Of a stretch of DNA of 64,000 bases, positions 23,636-35,786 are shown piece after piece (positions within the stretch are counted from its first letter, which is position 1; each line of letters opens with the position of its first letter). Source of the DNA: Podarcis vaucheri (taxonomy: Eukaryota). The DNA is taken from assembly GCA_965113315.1 (NCBI GenBank), contig OZ220365.1. One strand, 5' to 3'. Below the pieces are notes generated by a model. The model worked only from the letters and a program-made list of their open reading frames with translations. It did no database searches and was not told the origin of the DNA. Made by a program: the position numbers and the translations under genes.

Positions 23636-24114
23636 CTGTATGAGTTTGTTTTTTAAAAAAACAACAACCAGTGCATCAATAGGATGGTAATAACAACCAA
23701 CAGCTAAATCTTCTCTTGTATTTGTTGTAGCAACTTAGTAAAATGTTCAGACTGAGAGGCTATGTATAGCATAGATTTTTAATATGCTTCCAACAGCAGA
23801 ATGCTGAAGGGCACACATACAGAGCATTTAATAGTTAATGGGAACAAACTCAAAGAACTAGAAAGAGATCTGTAGGTTTATTTTTTCAAAAGTTGGTAGC
23901 AGAAGAATATTCAAACACTGCATTCATGAAGTAGTATTCTCCTGGATGTACCCACCAAAAGCTGGCTCTGTGAACGACAATACTATCTTTTAGAATGCAT
24001 GGGAGAGCGATCTAACTGAAGATTGTGAACATTTCCCAACTATTTTGGGTATTGAAGTCTGGAGAACAGTTACTCATTGCCTCCTCTCCTTCTGTTTAAC
24101 ATCTACCTAGCCAA

Positions 24115-24202
24115 CAGCTGTCCAGGGTGGCTGGGGAAGCCCAGCCAGATGGGTGGTTGGTAAATAAATAAATAAATAAATAAATAGTAGTAGTAGTAGT
24201 AG
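24115..24202 (+). mobile_element. L2-type 3' tail with (TAAA)n(TAG)n
   Basis: gctgtccagggtggctggggaagcccagccagatgggtgg followed by a simple-repeat tail. Confidence 0.55.
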
Positions 24203-24745
24203 GCTAGGTATTACAGGGTTGTAGGGCCACTAAGGACCAATATCCTGGTCCTGATACTTTCCTTGAGTGATGCTCACATCACAAGGGCTTCCGTAGTCAG
24301 TTCAAGAGAAATGAAGATCCACGTGTCCATTCTTCTGAATGCCAATTAGATCTTTCCAGGGAAACACATGCACTTAAGAGCTCTATATCTACATAGATGG
24401 TCTGGATAAGGGTGCATAATGGATCCATTACAAATAATTGGCCATTTTTCAAATAACTGACACCTATAATGTACAGTGATCTTTTAACTGTAGGTTAAAA
24501 AAACACTTTTTAAGAATACGATACTATACAGAGGTTTTTTTTTAGATTGAATAAAATAAGCAAAAATTCAATCTGCTTGTTCAACTTTTCATTTTCAAAT
24601 TCCTATTAATTATCATCATCATCATCATCATTATTATAGTTGGGGTTAGATGGGACTCACTTTCAAGACACATTACTGTAAATATACATTTCCCTTAATA
24701 TCAAAATGGGTTGGAAAGAAACAGCTCTGAAGGAGTTGAGTCTAC

Positions 24746-24867
24746 CTGTACATTTGCAGACAAGGCATCCTTGATTGTTTTGCTGGTAGCCCATTGGACA
24801 AATCTTACCACATGAAAGTTCTGGGCATTTTTTACAGCGGCAAATTTCACAACCATGTTTGTTCTTC
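24746..24867 (-). CDS. CRIM1: CRIM1 exon 10 (antistasin-like repeats)
   Basis: tgtag|G AAG; translates KNKHGCEICRCKKCPELSCGKICPMGYQQNNQGCLVCKCT; donor GTAGAC; 122 nt, phase 2 to 1. Not in ORF track. Confidence 0.96.
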
Positions 24868-25322
24868 CTACACGATTTAAAAAGATATATACTTTGATTA
24901 GTTATACTTTAAAAAGCAGTCTAAACATTTGTAATTACTGCACTCCCCCCCCCAAATGTTAAAAGTTATTTATTTGTAATTCTGTTCTCAAAGGGAGTGA
25001 AACAAAAAGGGGAAAAAAACCTTGTAAAAGAAATTTAAGCCTTTTGTTTGTATTGTGAGATGGCTTGCAGCAAGGTCCTGTTTATAACATCACTTAGGAA
25101 CTACTGTTTTGGTGTGCATATAAAAACACCTATAAATTACAGAACATTATGAACTCTTCTCCATCTCATAGGCAAAGAAACAGAACAAAACTGGACAACA
25201 ATTGTGTAAACAAGATTACAAGTTTTTGATTACTTGCAATCTTTTATAACTTTTAAAGAAAACAGCAGCTTCCCCCACCTCAGGACTGAAACTATGGTGG
25301 TGGTAACCCTTCTCCTATAGAG

Positions 25323-25804
25323 CAGGAGTGTGGAACACTTTTGACTTGGCGGGTCAGATATCCTGTGACCACTGGCCAAACATAATGTCACAGAGACATC
25401 AGGTGACTAATAGGTGGTCGCTCCCACCCCTGTGGGGGAAAGGGTTGTGCTTCACCATTGCAGTGGCTGTCAGGATGTGATGCTAAAGCAGCATTCAGCA
25501 GGACTGAACTGTCTGCTCATCAGACCTTCCTGCTCAATACAGGAATCTCATTCCCCAGTGCATTCCCCAGGGAATAAGCTGGCAAAATAACACCCAGAAC
25601 AGAACCCTCTGTTCTAGCTGACGAGTGATGGTTAAATTCTGCTGGCTGAAGGGGCTGGTTTTGCTAACACATTCCCCACAGGATGGGGTTGTCAGCTGAT
25701 GGACAGGTGACCGTGGTTTGGGGGATATGGCCTCACAAGCTACCGTAACCTGGACTTCCAGGTGGGCCAAGATTGTCCTGTGTGCCAGACATTCCATATT
25801 CCTG
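25323..25804. mobile_element. Old hAT-type non-autonomous element
   Basis: Degenerate TIRs CAGGAGTGTGGAA and TTCCATATTCCTG; TSD CTATAGAG / CTGTAGTG (6 of 8 match). Confidence 0.55.
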
Positions 25805-26534
25805 CTGTAGTGTTTTCACAACAAAAACTGACCACCCCACTTCAAAAGGTGTTATCTTTCTTTCTAGGGCAAAAAAGCACCTGTGTGGGATTCTCTGTAT
25901 GGGATTTTAGCTGGGAAAATGACATCAAGAAAAGTTTATAGCTCATTCCCCTGCAAACTCTGAGTAGACCTACTGAAATTAATGGACCCAAGTCATGCAC
26001 ATTAATTTTAATGGGTCTATGTTGAGTAAAACTTAAGCTGAATATCACCTTCTACCTGCATTTGGGCTCACTGCAACTTAAAAAAAAAAAAAGGACTTGA
26101 GGAGGTACAAAATCCATGCATGCATGTTTAAAATTTACTTGGGCCCTAAGATCATGATTTTAAAAACATTTACTATGGAGCGACACAAAGTGGAACATAC
26201 TTTGGAGTACAAGGATTGCACTGTAAATTTATAAAAGGATCTAACACTACGAGAAATCAGAAAGGAAAGATGCACATGAATACCAGAATCAACATTTTAG
26301 AAAGGTCTGGCATATCTATCTCGTACGCTTAGCCAAAACCTTAAAAGAACCATTACCACTTAGGCCAAGCTTGTGCTCAGAAACTCAGTTGGCTGGACCT
26401 CTGGGCGAACAGCTACAATTCCATATTGGAATTGACAACACTTAGCAGCAGCCACAGAAACTTATAGGTAACTTAAGAAAGATATGTCTTTTCCTATGTC
26501 ATTTTTAAATAGAGCTTGGCACAGCTACTCCTGT

Positions 26535-26680
26535 TCATAGAATTGTAGAGTTGGGAGGGACCCTGAGGACCACCTAGTCCCAATCCCCTTTAACGCAGGA
26601 ATATGCAGCTGGTCCATATGGGGATCAAAGCTGCAACCTTGGCATCATTAGCACCACGTTCTAACCAACTGAGCTATCCA
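26535..26680 (-). mobile_element. Short tRNA-derived SINE with CR1-like tail
   Basis: Minus strand GGATAGCTCAGTTGGTTAGAACGTGGTGCTAAT...TTTGATCCCC (tRNA-Ile-like head), then GGTCCCTCCCAACTCTACAATTCTATGA (CR1 3' end). Confidence 0.8.
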
Positions 26681-27119
26681 GGCTATCTCGGAACAGAGAA
26701 AAAGTAATTCTTGTCTAAACTATTACAATTTCAGTAAGATTTTGGCTGTGGCCTTGTCTTCTTTCTGAGTTCAGAAGAAGAAACTAAGAAACTCATTTCA
26801 TGTAGGAATATGCAAGATGCATCAGTCTTTATTCAAAAGTACAAGCGCAGACATCATCTTATCCACCAGATGGGGCACCAGTACAGAGACTGACCCAATG
26901 GTTAAATTTCACCAGCTTCTCTAGACACAAATGGAAAAGAGAACTAGAGCTGGGTCTCATCTATTTATTGATGACACAGCACTCCAAATCACTGGCTTAC
27001 CTCTCCCAGTGGTTTCATGCGTATATTGAATAATACAGGGGAACAAGATGGAACCACGTGGAAACACCACAGACCAGCAGCGAAGCAACTAAAAGTAGTT
27101 CCACAGTAGTTCCTTTTGG

Positions 27120-27900
27120 TTTGTCCCTCTGGGAAGGACCAGGAGCCACTGCAGCAAAGAGCATCCAAGTCCTAGCCCAACCAGGCAACCTGGAAACTTA
27201 TAATAGTGATGGTAGTGAAAGCTGAAGAGAAGTCCAGCAGAACCAACAGCCTACCCCCCCACCGGCCAGTTCCTCATCACTATATAAAACAAGGTGATAA
27301 TGACTTCTCTCCATCCTGAAACTGAACTTGAGGCTGGACTGAATTAATTTAGATAATTTCTAACATCCAGGAATCCCTTGAATTGAGCTGCGACCACATG
27401 CACCAAGCACCTTGCCTCAAAAGAGATTATGGGAGACTGTAAGTTGTCCAAAATGTTGTGACTTAGAAATAGTTTCTTCAACAAAGTTTTACAACAGCCT
27501 TGTTGTAGATTGTGGAGCTATATTCTCCATCAGTCTAAGGAGGCACTGACCACTACCTTTATGTAATCGCCTCTGGCTGCCTTAAAGGCAAGGGCTAAGC
27601 ACTCAGGCGCTTGGCATCACAGTTCCAAGAATCCTGCTTATCTGCTCAGGCGGTACAAATTGGGATCACAAATTGACTGGAGTCACACGTAAGGATGAGA
27701 TTTGGTAGCTTGTAAGTGCCCAAGCTAGATCCCATCTTGGGGAGAGGGGATCTGGCCACAATAATCCATGATCCATCAAGGCTGGAATATCGTAAAGAAT
27801 CTTTTTCAGTCACAGCATGACATTCCCTCGTGGACAAACGTCCAGGGGCCACATGCCATGGGTGAGCATAGTCAAAACAGGTGGACATACCCACCGCTAG
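27120..27900 (-). mobile_element. Decayed L2 LINE reverse-transcriptase fragment
   Basis: Minus-strand remnants VVAAQFKGFLDVRNYLN and LLVLLDFSSAFTTI match the L2 RT motifs QLxxFLDxxxYLDPFQSGFR and LVLLDLSAAFDT. Boundaries approximate. Confidence 0.7.
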
Positions 27901-28366
27901 GCTGATGGATGAGATAAAAGTGCTTAGTGAAGACCAAATATCATTAAGAAGGGGTATTGGGGTACTTTGCTAAGCAGAATTTGGCAGAAGTTTTTCTTTT
28001 GGCTAAATTCACACAAACTATTTCTCCTGATGACGCTTCAGTAGTGCTCCTCAAACAACTGTTCAGTAATCCACACATCAATTTCAGCTGACCACAGGAG
28101 GTGGAAGAGATAGTAAGAAAATACTTCTCGAGTTCTAATTTTAATCTTTTTATAGTATCATTTTTTTGCCATTTCTAGGTAATCAAAAGCATTTGTAAAT
28201 GTATATACATGCAAAGTTATTCATGTTGATATGAACTTCTGAGTCTATTAAATACTCTGCATGCTACATGTTTACCTATAATACATAGAACAATGTTAGT
28301 GGGCTTTACACAGTATTATTTGTTTATGGATTGTGTTAAGTATGTTTTTAAAGTAAGAATACGTAC

Positions 28367-28523
28367 AAGTATCCAAATGGACAGTACTTGTCACATACTA
28401 TGGGTTTGCATTTCTTAGGTCGTGGGCGGCACTGGCAGGTCTTACAGTTGTGGACGTCAGTCTGGAAGCCAAAGGCACAATCCAAGGAACAATCTGACAT
28501 GAGGTCAGTACACAGCTCTTCTC
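28367..28523 (-). CDS. CRIM1: CRIM1 exon 9 (antistasin-like repeats)
   Basis: Translates REELCTDLMSDCSLDCAFGFQTDVHNCKTCQCRPRPKKCKPIVCDKYCPFGY(L); donor GTACGT; 157 nt, phase 1 to 2. Confidence 0.96.
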
Positions 28524-29589
28524 CTGTGAAGAACACATGAAACTTAGCAAAAACCGCTAATAGTTATTCGTATCAGAAATGCAGGCACATGAAGATTACT
28601 CTCCCCCCACCCCCGCAACACACCTCACAGAGTATGGTATCTTGGAATAGGTCATGGCAGCCTGACTGGAACCATGAGCAAGAACATTTCATTTTGATGC
28701 AGTTCACATTTGTGTAGACTACTAGTTAGGCAAATGTTTAAGAAAGCACAGGAGGGAGACAACAGAACTAGTTGCAAAATGAATTTGCCTTTTCTGGAAG
28801 CAATAGATGAAGACAGTAGTTGTAGTCCAAAGACAACATTTAATCATAACGGACCTCTATATTCAGTTAAGAGTCCCCCCCTCCATATCTTCTCTACTGC
28901 AGCTTCCAAGCATAAAAATCATGCTGCCTCCTCAGAACTGGAATCTGTTGCAAAAGACCACTAAATAAAAGCTTTGGGTACATGGGTTTTCCCCTAAACT
29001 ACATAGAAATTGCTTCCCTAGACTGCAAGTAGGGAACTTGCCTACATATACACCAATTAAACTAATTATGTTAATGGTTAAATCAGTAGGAGTTTCATGT
29101 AATGCATTCAGAATTAGGCATCAGAGCCTTGCAATTCTGAAAGGGCTACAGAATCCTCAAACCAAAGAAGTCTCTCATTTACAGATTTTCAAACCACTTG
29201 CCATTGAAATTTACATAAAATCATCATATTTTTGTCTAGAATATATCCACAGGATTCGGAATAATACTAATAAGTGAGACCATTAGTACTTACCTGTGAA
29301 GTGTTATTTTTCATGCATAACATGAAATCAAGTGGGATGTGAGCTCCACCAAGTGGTTGAAGGCATAAATTGCTGCTCAATTTGAAGAGGCTTCTGGTGC
29401 TTTGTTGTACACACAGCCAATTGTACGCAGATAAGCCATGTATACAAGAAGCAAGAAGTAAACAGCAAACACAAAAAGGCAAACATGCAACAGTCTCTGC
29501 CTAGAGAAAACTGGAATGTGGGAAAAACTGGCAAGTTTCAGAAATTTTAACAGAAGGAGTTAGGCAACCAGTATAACCACAATAGGGTG

Positions 29590-29920
29590 ATGTCCTGGTA
29601 TCATGTTATATGTATGAAAAAGAACCTTCACAGGTAAGTACCAATGGTAACTTTTCTCTTGTGTATCATGACATCATGTCGGTCATACCCAAGTTGACCC
29701 ATGTAGGGTTGGGCATTAAGAAAAGGCTGGCTACCTGTTAGGGACAGCATGTTGTAGGACACACTTCCCCAAAGCTGTCTCAGCTGCAGCAAAGAAGTCC
29801 ACCTTATTTTATTTATTAGATTTATATACCACCCTTCATCAAAAGATTTCTGGGCGGTTCACAATGTATAGTGCTTGATACATGCACTGGGGTTAGCACA
29901 AGCGGCTGCAGTACGGTGCA
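29590..29920 (-). mobile_element. DIRS-like retrotransposon 3' remnant (tyrosine recombinase C-terminus) split by an L2-type tail
   Basis: Minus strand reads AAACANPSACIKHY, then a ~60 nt insertion (~29806-29867), then KVDFFAAAETALGKCVLQHAV. Matches the DIRS YR pattern AAxWxxxxTFxxHYxxD...AFGxxVL. Confidence 0.6.
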
Positions 29921-30690
29921 GGAGCATATAAAGAGAATGCTGCCCCTCTTACAGGGATCCTTAAGAGACCAGAGATGGATGGAAGCAAATTCCAGCTGTA
30001 GAACTTTGCAGCACGCAGCAGCCCAATGTTATGGACCACCACCTATCTCAGTACTTTAGAATATCACCTCCCACTGGTGGCAGGGTTGTGTCAGAACTGA
30101 TTTTTTTTTGTATGTGAACTGAGAGGAGGAAGAGAACATGCTCTGGAATTGCTGTTGCCCTCTACTTGGAGTTGTTGCCTATCCCAGAAGGGGTGAGAGG
30201 ACCAGACATATTTTCCTCTGAATGGAAAAAAGGACTGAAGCAGTTGGTATGGGTGGCAGAACCAGTGAAAAGGACAGTGATCTTCTAATTTCTTGCCAAA
30301 TGAATAGACTTCGTCTTGTCTTTAGACTATACCAAGTCTGTGCAAATAAACAAGAAAAATGTTGAAGGAAAGAAAAAGTGGTAGGTGGCTAGACCAAGGG
30401 AGAAACAAGAACTCAGATTAACCACTGAGGAGAGCGACTTTACTGAAAAGAAGCTAGGCAGACCCAAAAGGTTGAACACACTCATACCTACTCCAGAAAA
30501 TTAGATACAAAAAAGCTTCTTCAAATTGAACAGATATTCCTTCAACCACTAGGGGGAGCTCACATGATATGTACAAGCAAACAGATGCAAACAGTTTTGA
30601 GTGACTAATAATGTACTACTGAAAACTTTCACTTTTACCTTACTTTTTAATAGAAACTTAAATAATATGCAATTATTTTACAGCTACTAA

Positions 30691-30773
30691 GGCTGCAATC
30701 CTAGGTCCACTACCTTGGAGCAAGTCCCACTGAATACAAGAGGTCTTACTTTTGAGTAAACAGTATTGCACTG
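30691..30773. mobile_element. Short palindromic MITE with TAA flanks (Harbinger-like)
   Basis: taa|ggctgcaatcct...attgcactg|taa. Related degenerate copies at ~3810-3895 and ~26140-26226. Confidence 0.5.
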
Positions 30774-32959
30774 TAAGGCATAAAAGAGCAATCCACAATA
30801 TAAGGAAATGCAAGGCAGAAGAAAAGGAAGTCAAGAGGTGAAAATGAACGGATAATAAAAATGGGATGTACCAGAGAATGGATGAAACAATGGATCAAAC
30901 CATTATGACAAAATAAAATACTGAGAAACTTTCGTAATAGGGTAGTAACTGCATAGTTCAAAAGGATTCTAAACGTCAATGTTGTTAATCTAATACAGTA
31001 GAGTTCAGTAAGGATACACTCTGATCTCCTGAATAGAAGAACTAATTTTCTGAATGAGATCAGTGATAATCCAGCACCAGTCAGATGCCACTGAGTTAAC
31101 AACCCTCTTTTTCCAGAGTATGGTAATCAAAGGTACACAAGACATCTGAAAATGAAAATGCCATTTTAAACTATCATTATAGTCATTGATTGATGATTTT
31201 TCTAATCCTTTTTTAAAAGAAGATACATGAGCTTATGTCCATCACCATATCTTATGGCAATGAATTCACTAAGGCCAAGGATATATTGCATCAAAAATAC
31301 GATAAGTATCTTGAAAAGTAAGCACAGTAACAGCATGTATGATATATAATCCATTAATACAGATGTCACAAAGAAAACAGTGCAGCTTTTCCAAAGTACT
31401 ATGCAACACCTGACATGCAAAACCTCTAACAACATTAATGGCAAATTATGTTCCAATAACATTAAAGTCAAATTAAGATCCTTCAGACCACTTCTTCCAA
31501 ATACAGCTTATAACTATGTGTGGATGTATATCTTGCAAGTTAGTATAAATTCACATATATTCATAATACAGCATTGTTACGCATTACAGCAGAGGCAAAA
31601 TCTCCTTCCCAAATTGCTCTTGGTAATTTGGATGTGTGGTAATAAAAAATATTTTTACCAAATACATAATGTGGGATTAGCCATTTGTGCCTGCACACAG
31701 ATTCTTCATACACAATGAAAATCCTGGACCACTTACTTCAAAGACTGTCTATTGAAGCTTGGGACCCAAGAGAAAGAGGAGGCTTCCTTCAACTCCACAG
31801 GCAGCTAGTGGCCTCCATTGCTTTTGGAAACCAAGAAAGTGATGGAAAAAAGTTTCACGTTCCACCTAGCCTGGAGGAAATGGAATGGGTCTTTTCAAGT
31901 GCTCAGGCAAGACAAGGAAAAGTCATTCAAAACTCAGCAAAGAGATTTAGGAATGTAAGAACAGTATCCTGTGTTTTTCGTTGGTTGCAACTGTACTGCC
32001 ATATTCCTAGTGTATTTCTGGAGCACTTATATATATATAAAATAAGTTAATGATCTGAGAGAAACATACTCAACTCTCCTCATGTTTTGCACAGCATCTG
32101 CTGAATCAAGTAAGTTCTTGGTCAGAATTGTTTTCCCAAAATGGTGCTACTTTTCAAACTTTGAGAAACATATATGAGGTATCCCCTTGCTCTTTTTAGA
32201 TGGGTACTTTTATTATAGAGGGCACTTTGTTAACTGACTTCTGATGCATTACATAGTTTTTGCCGGTTTTAAAACTACAGTGTTTTATATTTGCATAGTT
32301 TATTGTTACTGGGTTGGATCCAAAGAAAAGTCTACAGAAGGCGACTCCTAAAAATATATTATAATTTAGTAAAATATAAGTCATAATTATAAATATTTAA
32401 AATAAATAAATAATTACTTTCCTGCCCCCTCCTTTCCCTGGCAACTCACTGAAAAGCCTGTTCAAAAGGCGGGGCGGGGGGGGGGGGCAGGCTGTGGCTG
32501 AAGAAGTGGGCCGCAGCATGGGAAGTTAAAGGGAATCCCACAGATTGGGCAGAGGCAACTTCCACAAGTGAACCGCTCACACTATTCAGTAGGACCCTCC
32601 AACCTGCAGGAGCAGTTTTTCACAGGCTTGCCTGGGGGAGAAGAGGAATGGTAAAATCAGCACCTGGCAGCCCCCTTCTGTGGGCTTTTCCAGATCTACC
32701 CCATTATATTTTATGCCAACTGCTTTAGGACTGCATAGCTTCTCCATTGCTTTAGGCCTGAATTGGATATTTCATCCTAGGCCAAAAGGCCAGGTATAAA
32801 TTAAGTAACTTATTTTTTTCTATTTTGCCTCATTTTTTATTTGACTTTCTTCTGGTTAAATCCTTTTACCACATTCTATCTTTGTCAAAAGCCTTCCTGA
32901 TATCAAGATACATTATGTCCACAGCATTCTCCTGATCCAACAAGCTTGTAACTATCAAA

Positions 32960-33014
32960 AAACCAAACCAAACCAAACCAAACCAAACCAAACCAAACCA
33001 AACCAAACCAAACC
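32960..33014. repeat. (AAACC)n microsatellite
   Basis: About 11 perfect pentamer units inside the CR1 fragment. Confidence 0.95.
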
Positions 33015-33925
33015 TGATGTGATTCATCTGGCATGACTTGTTTTCGAGAAACTCATGCTGGGGTAATCACAGCCTCCTTTTCTAAGTGCTCACAAATTGA
33101 CTATTTAATTATCTGTTCTGGGACCTTTCCGCGTATCAATGTCAAGCTGATCGGTCAGTAGTTACCTGGGTCTTCTCCCCCAGCTTTTTGAAAATGGGGT
33201 CAACAATTGCAGGCCTCCAATCCACAGGGACCTCACCAGTTCTCCAACAATTCTCAATGATTATAGACAAAAGGCTCTGAGATTACATCCACAAGCTATT
33301 TTTGAGTATCCCTGGGTGCAGCTCACCAGGCCCTGGAGATCTGAATTCATTTAAAGCAGCTACGTGTTCCCTCATCACTCTCTTTTCCTATCTTGGTCTG
33401 CACCTCCTTCCTTGTATCATTTATTCTGTTATCACCAGGTGGGGCACTGTTTTCCTTTTGCATGACGACAGAGGCAAAGTAGGTGTTGAGCAGTTCCACC
33501 TTCTCTCTGTCACCCAATAGCACTTATCCATATTCTCCACACAGAGGACCTACCACTTGTTTGTTCTTCCTCTTGCTTTGAACACGTCCGAAGAAACAGT
33601 TTTTATTATTTTTAACCTCTCTTGTAAATTGGCTACTTGTGCATACTCCTCCTTTGTGATTTCTCCTTTATTCCATCTCAGCTCATCCTTACAGCCACAC
33701 TGGCTTTAGGTGCCTCCCACCATTTTTTCTTGTTGGAATTGCCTGCATTTTTGCCTTCAATATTTCACCTTCAATGAGAAACTCCCATTCACCTTGAACT
33801 CTCTTTTTCTTTGAGTATTTCTGACCATGGGATCTCACCCAGTAGCTTCTTAAGCTTTCTGAAATCAGCAGTCTTAAAGTTCAGAGTGCATGTCCAACTA
33901 CATTCAGCTTTCCCTTGCCTCTATA

Positions 33926-34236
33926 CAGTGGTGACTCGCAAGATGAAAAGAATCCGTTCTGTGATTCTCTTCGTCTAGCGGTTTTTTAGTCTTGCGAAGC
34001 AAGCCCATTGACGGATTAGCAGATTAGCGCTATTAGCGGCTTATCGGATCAGCTGATAAGCGGCTTAGAAAAAGGGGGGGAGGAGGAAAAAAACCCCGCA
34101 GGAACTCGCAATACATTTTCGTCTTGCAAAGCAAGCCCATAGGAGATTCATTTTGCGAAGCACCTCCAAAACGGAAAACCCTTTCGTCTAGCGAGTATTC
34201 CGTCTTGCGAGGCATTCGTCTTGCGCGGCACCACTG
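33926..34236. mobile_element. Tc1/mariner-type MITE nested in CR1
   Basis: TA|CAGTGGTGACTCGCAAGA...TCTTGCGCGGCACCACTG|TA; CpG-rich, suggesting a young insertion. Confidence 0.9.
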
Positions 34237-35482
34237 TATAATGAAACCCAAGAGATCACGATCACTTCCTCCCAAGGTTCCCATGTACTTTCACTTCATC
34301 GATCAGTTCCTTCCTGTTGGTGAGGATTGTGTCCAAGAGAGATGACCCCCTTGTTACTTCTTCCACCTTCTGGGAAATGAAATTGTCAGCAAGGCAACTG
34401 AGAAATTTGTTGGGCTTTACATTCTTGGAAAAGTTTGCATTCCAACAGATACTGGGGTAATTGAAGTCTCCCATGATTCATATATCTCTCGTTTCTGAAT
34501 GCTTGGTAATCTGCTCTATCAAGGCACACCCAAGTCTTCAGTCTGCCTTGGAGCTCTATAGCAGACGCCCCCATTAAGGTCACTATTGTTTCCCTCTCCT
34601 ACAATTTTTACCCATAAACTCTCAATCTGTCTTCCATGTTCCAAGTCACAGATCTCTTTACATATAATGCTTCTCCTCACTTCCAGCAAGGGAACCAAAT
34701 TGCACTTGCAGGAAGACAAACATGGCATAGGTGTTGCGGGTCACTGCAGCAGCTCCTTCATTGTCCATGTCTCTTGGGGCCCACCTGATGCATTAATTCC
34801 CATTTACTGGTGGCAGCAGGGACAACAAACCCTACTGAAACCAAAGGTATGGAGAAGTAGTGCTTCAGGGAGCTCCACACTCAGGACTGATTTTTCATTT
34901 GGTGGAGGTAAAAATGTAGATCATGTTCAACTAGATCAACTCTATAATGTTAGAACTGACATACATCACAGTACATTTTGCTAACCATTATTAGTTGTTT
35001 AAAAGAATTGCATTATATGGCAGAAATGCTAATGAATATTTCCTCCTTGTATATATTTATTTCTAAAGGTTTTTTGAGAATCGCAGATTAAGTATTCAGC
35101 TACCATAAGCAAAGTGTAGTTCGAATAGCAACTTACCAAAGAAAAAATTGCTAGCCTGTGCTTTCTTGCCTTTTATCGTCACTGTTTTTAAGTACAAACA
35201 AAACAAAACAAATTCAAGCGGTGGAGGAAACAACAGGACAACTAGTCATGGTGCCAGGCAAGTGGCCGAGAAGTAGAATTTCTGGGTCTGGGGGGCCCCA
35301 GAGAAGCAGGGATACTAAGGATGGGGAAAACAGGATTGCTCAAGAAGAAGAAAAGCTCCCTGATTTTTGGCAAACTCTTAAGAGCAGGAGTGGATAGCAT
35401 GCAGGTCACACTGAACCCACTGTGGGTTCCAATCTGTCCCATGAGGCCATTTCCCTCATTCATCAGCTGATTGGCAGTGGGA

Positions 35483-35786
35483 CTGAACAGCCTTTACCAA
35501 AGGTGTCATGGGCATTGAAGACACTCGAACTCAGGACGCAAGGGAGAAATGTGCTAAGAGGAAGGCACACTTGGCAACTCCACACCGTGATCGACTCCCG
35601 CCCGGAAACCAATGTCCCCACTGTAGAAGGACATGTGGATCCAGAATTGGCCTCCACAGTCACTTACGGACTCATTGTTAAAACCGTGTTTATGGAAGAC
35701 AATCTTACTTGGCTACGAGTGATCGCCAAAGAAGAAAAAGAAGAAGAAGAAGAAGAAGAAGAAGAAGAAGAAGAAGAAGAAGAAGG
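35483..35786 (+). mobile_element. 5'-truncated RTE-clade LINE 3' end with (GAA)n tail
   Basis: Frame AFTKGVMGIEDTRTQDAREK...QCPHCRRTCGSRIGLHSHLRTHC* (C-terminal C2H2 finger), short 3' UTR, (GAA)n tail, and 11-bp TSD TGGCAGTGGGA (35472-35482 and 35787-35797). Confidence 0.85.

Larger units (their letters stand above)
32881..34680 (-). mobile_element. CR1 LINE ORF2 fragment (endonuclease to mid-RT), degenerate
   Basis: ESLWVKI...GVCYRAP and MGDFNYPSICW...LLDTILTN (APE endonuclease) through LLDQENAVDIMYLDIRKAFDK (RT). Interrupted by a MITE and an (AAACC)n run. Confidence 0.9.

Noticed and set aside
26535-26680. Possible tRNA-Ile gene
   Set aside because: Degenerate B box and acceptor stem, and fused to a CR1-like tail, so it is a SINE.
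27290-27640. Initially read as DIRS RT/RNase H
   Set aside because: Motif order is wrong for DIRS; the flanking motifs fit L2 RT.
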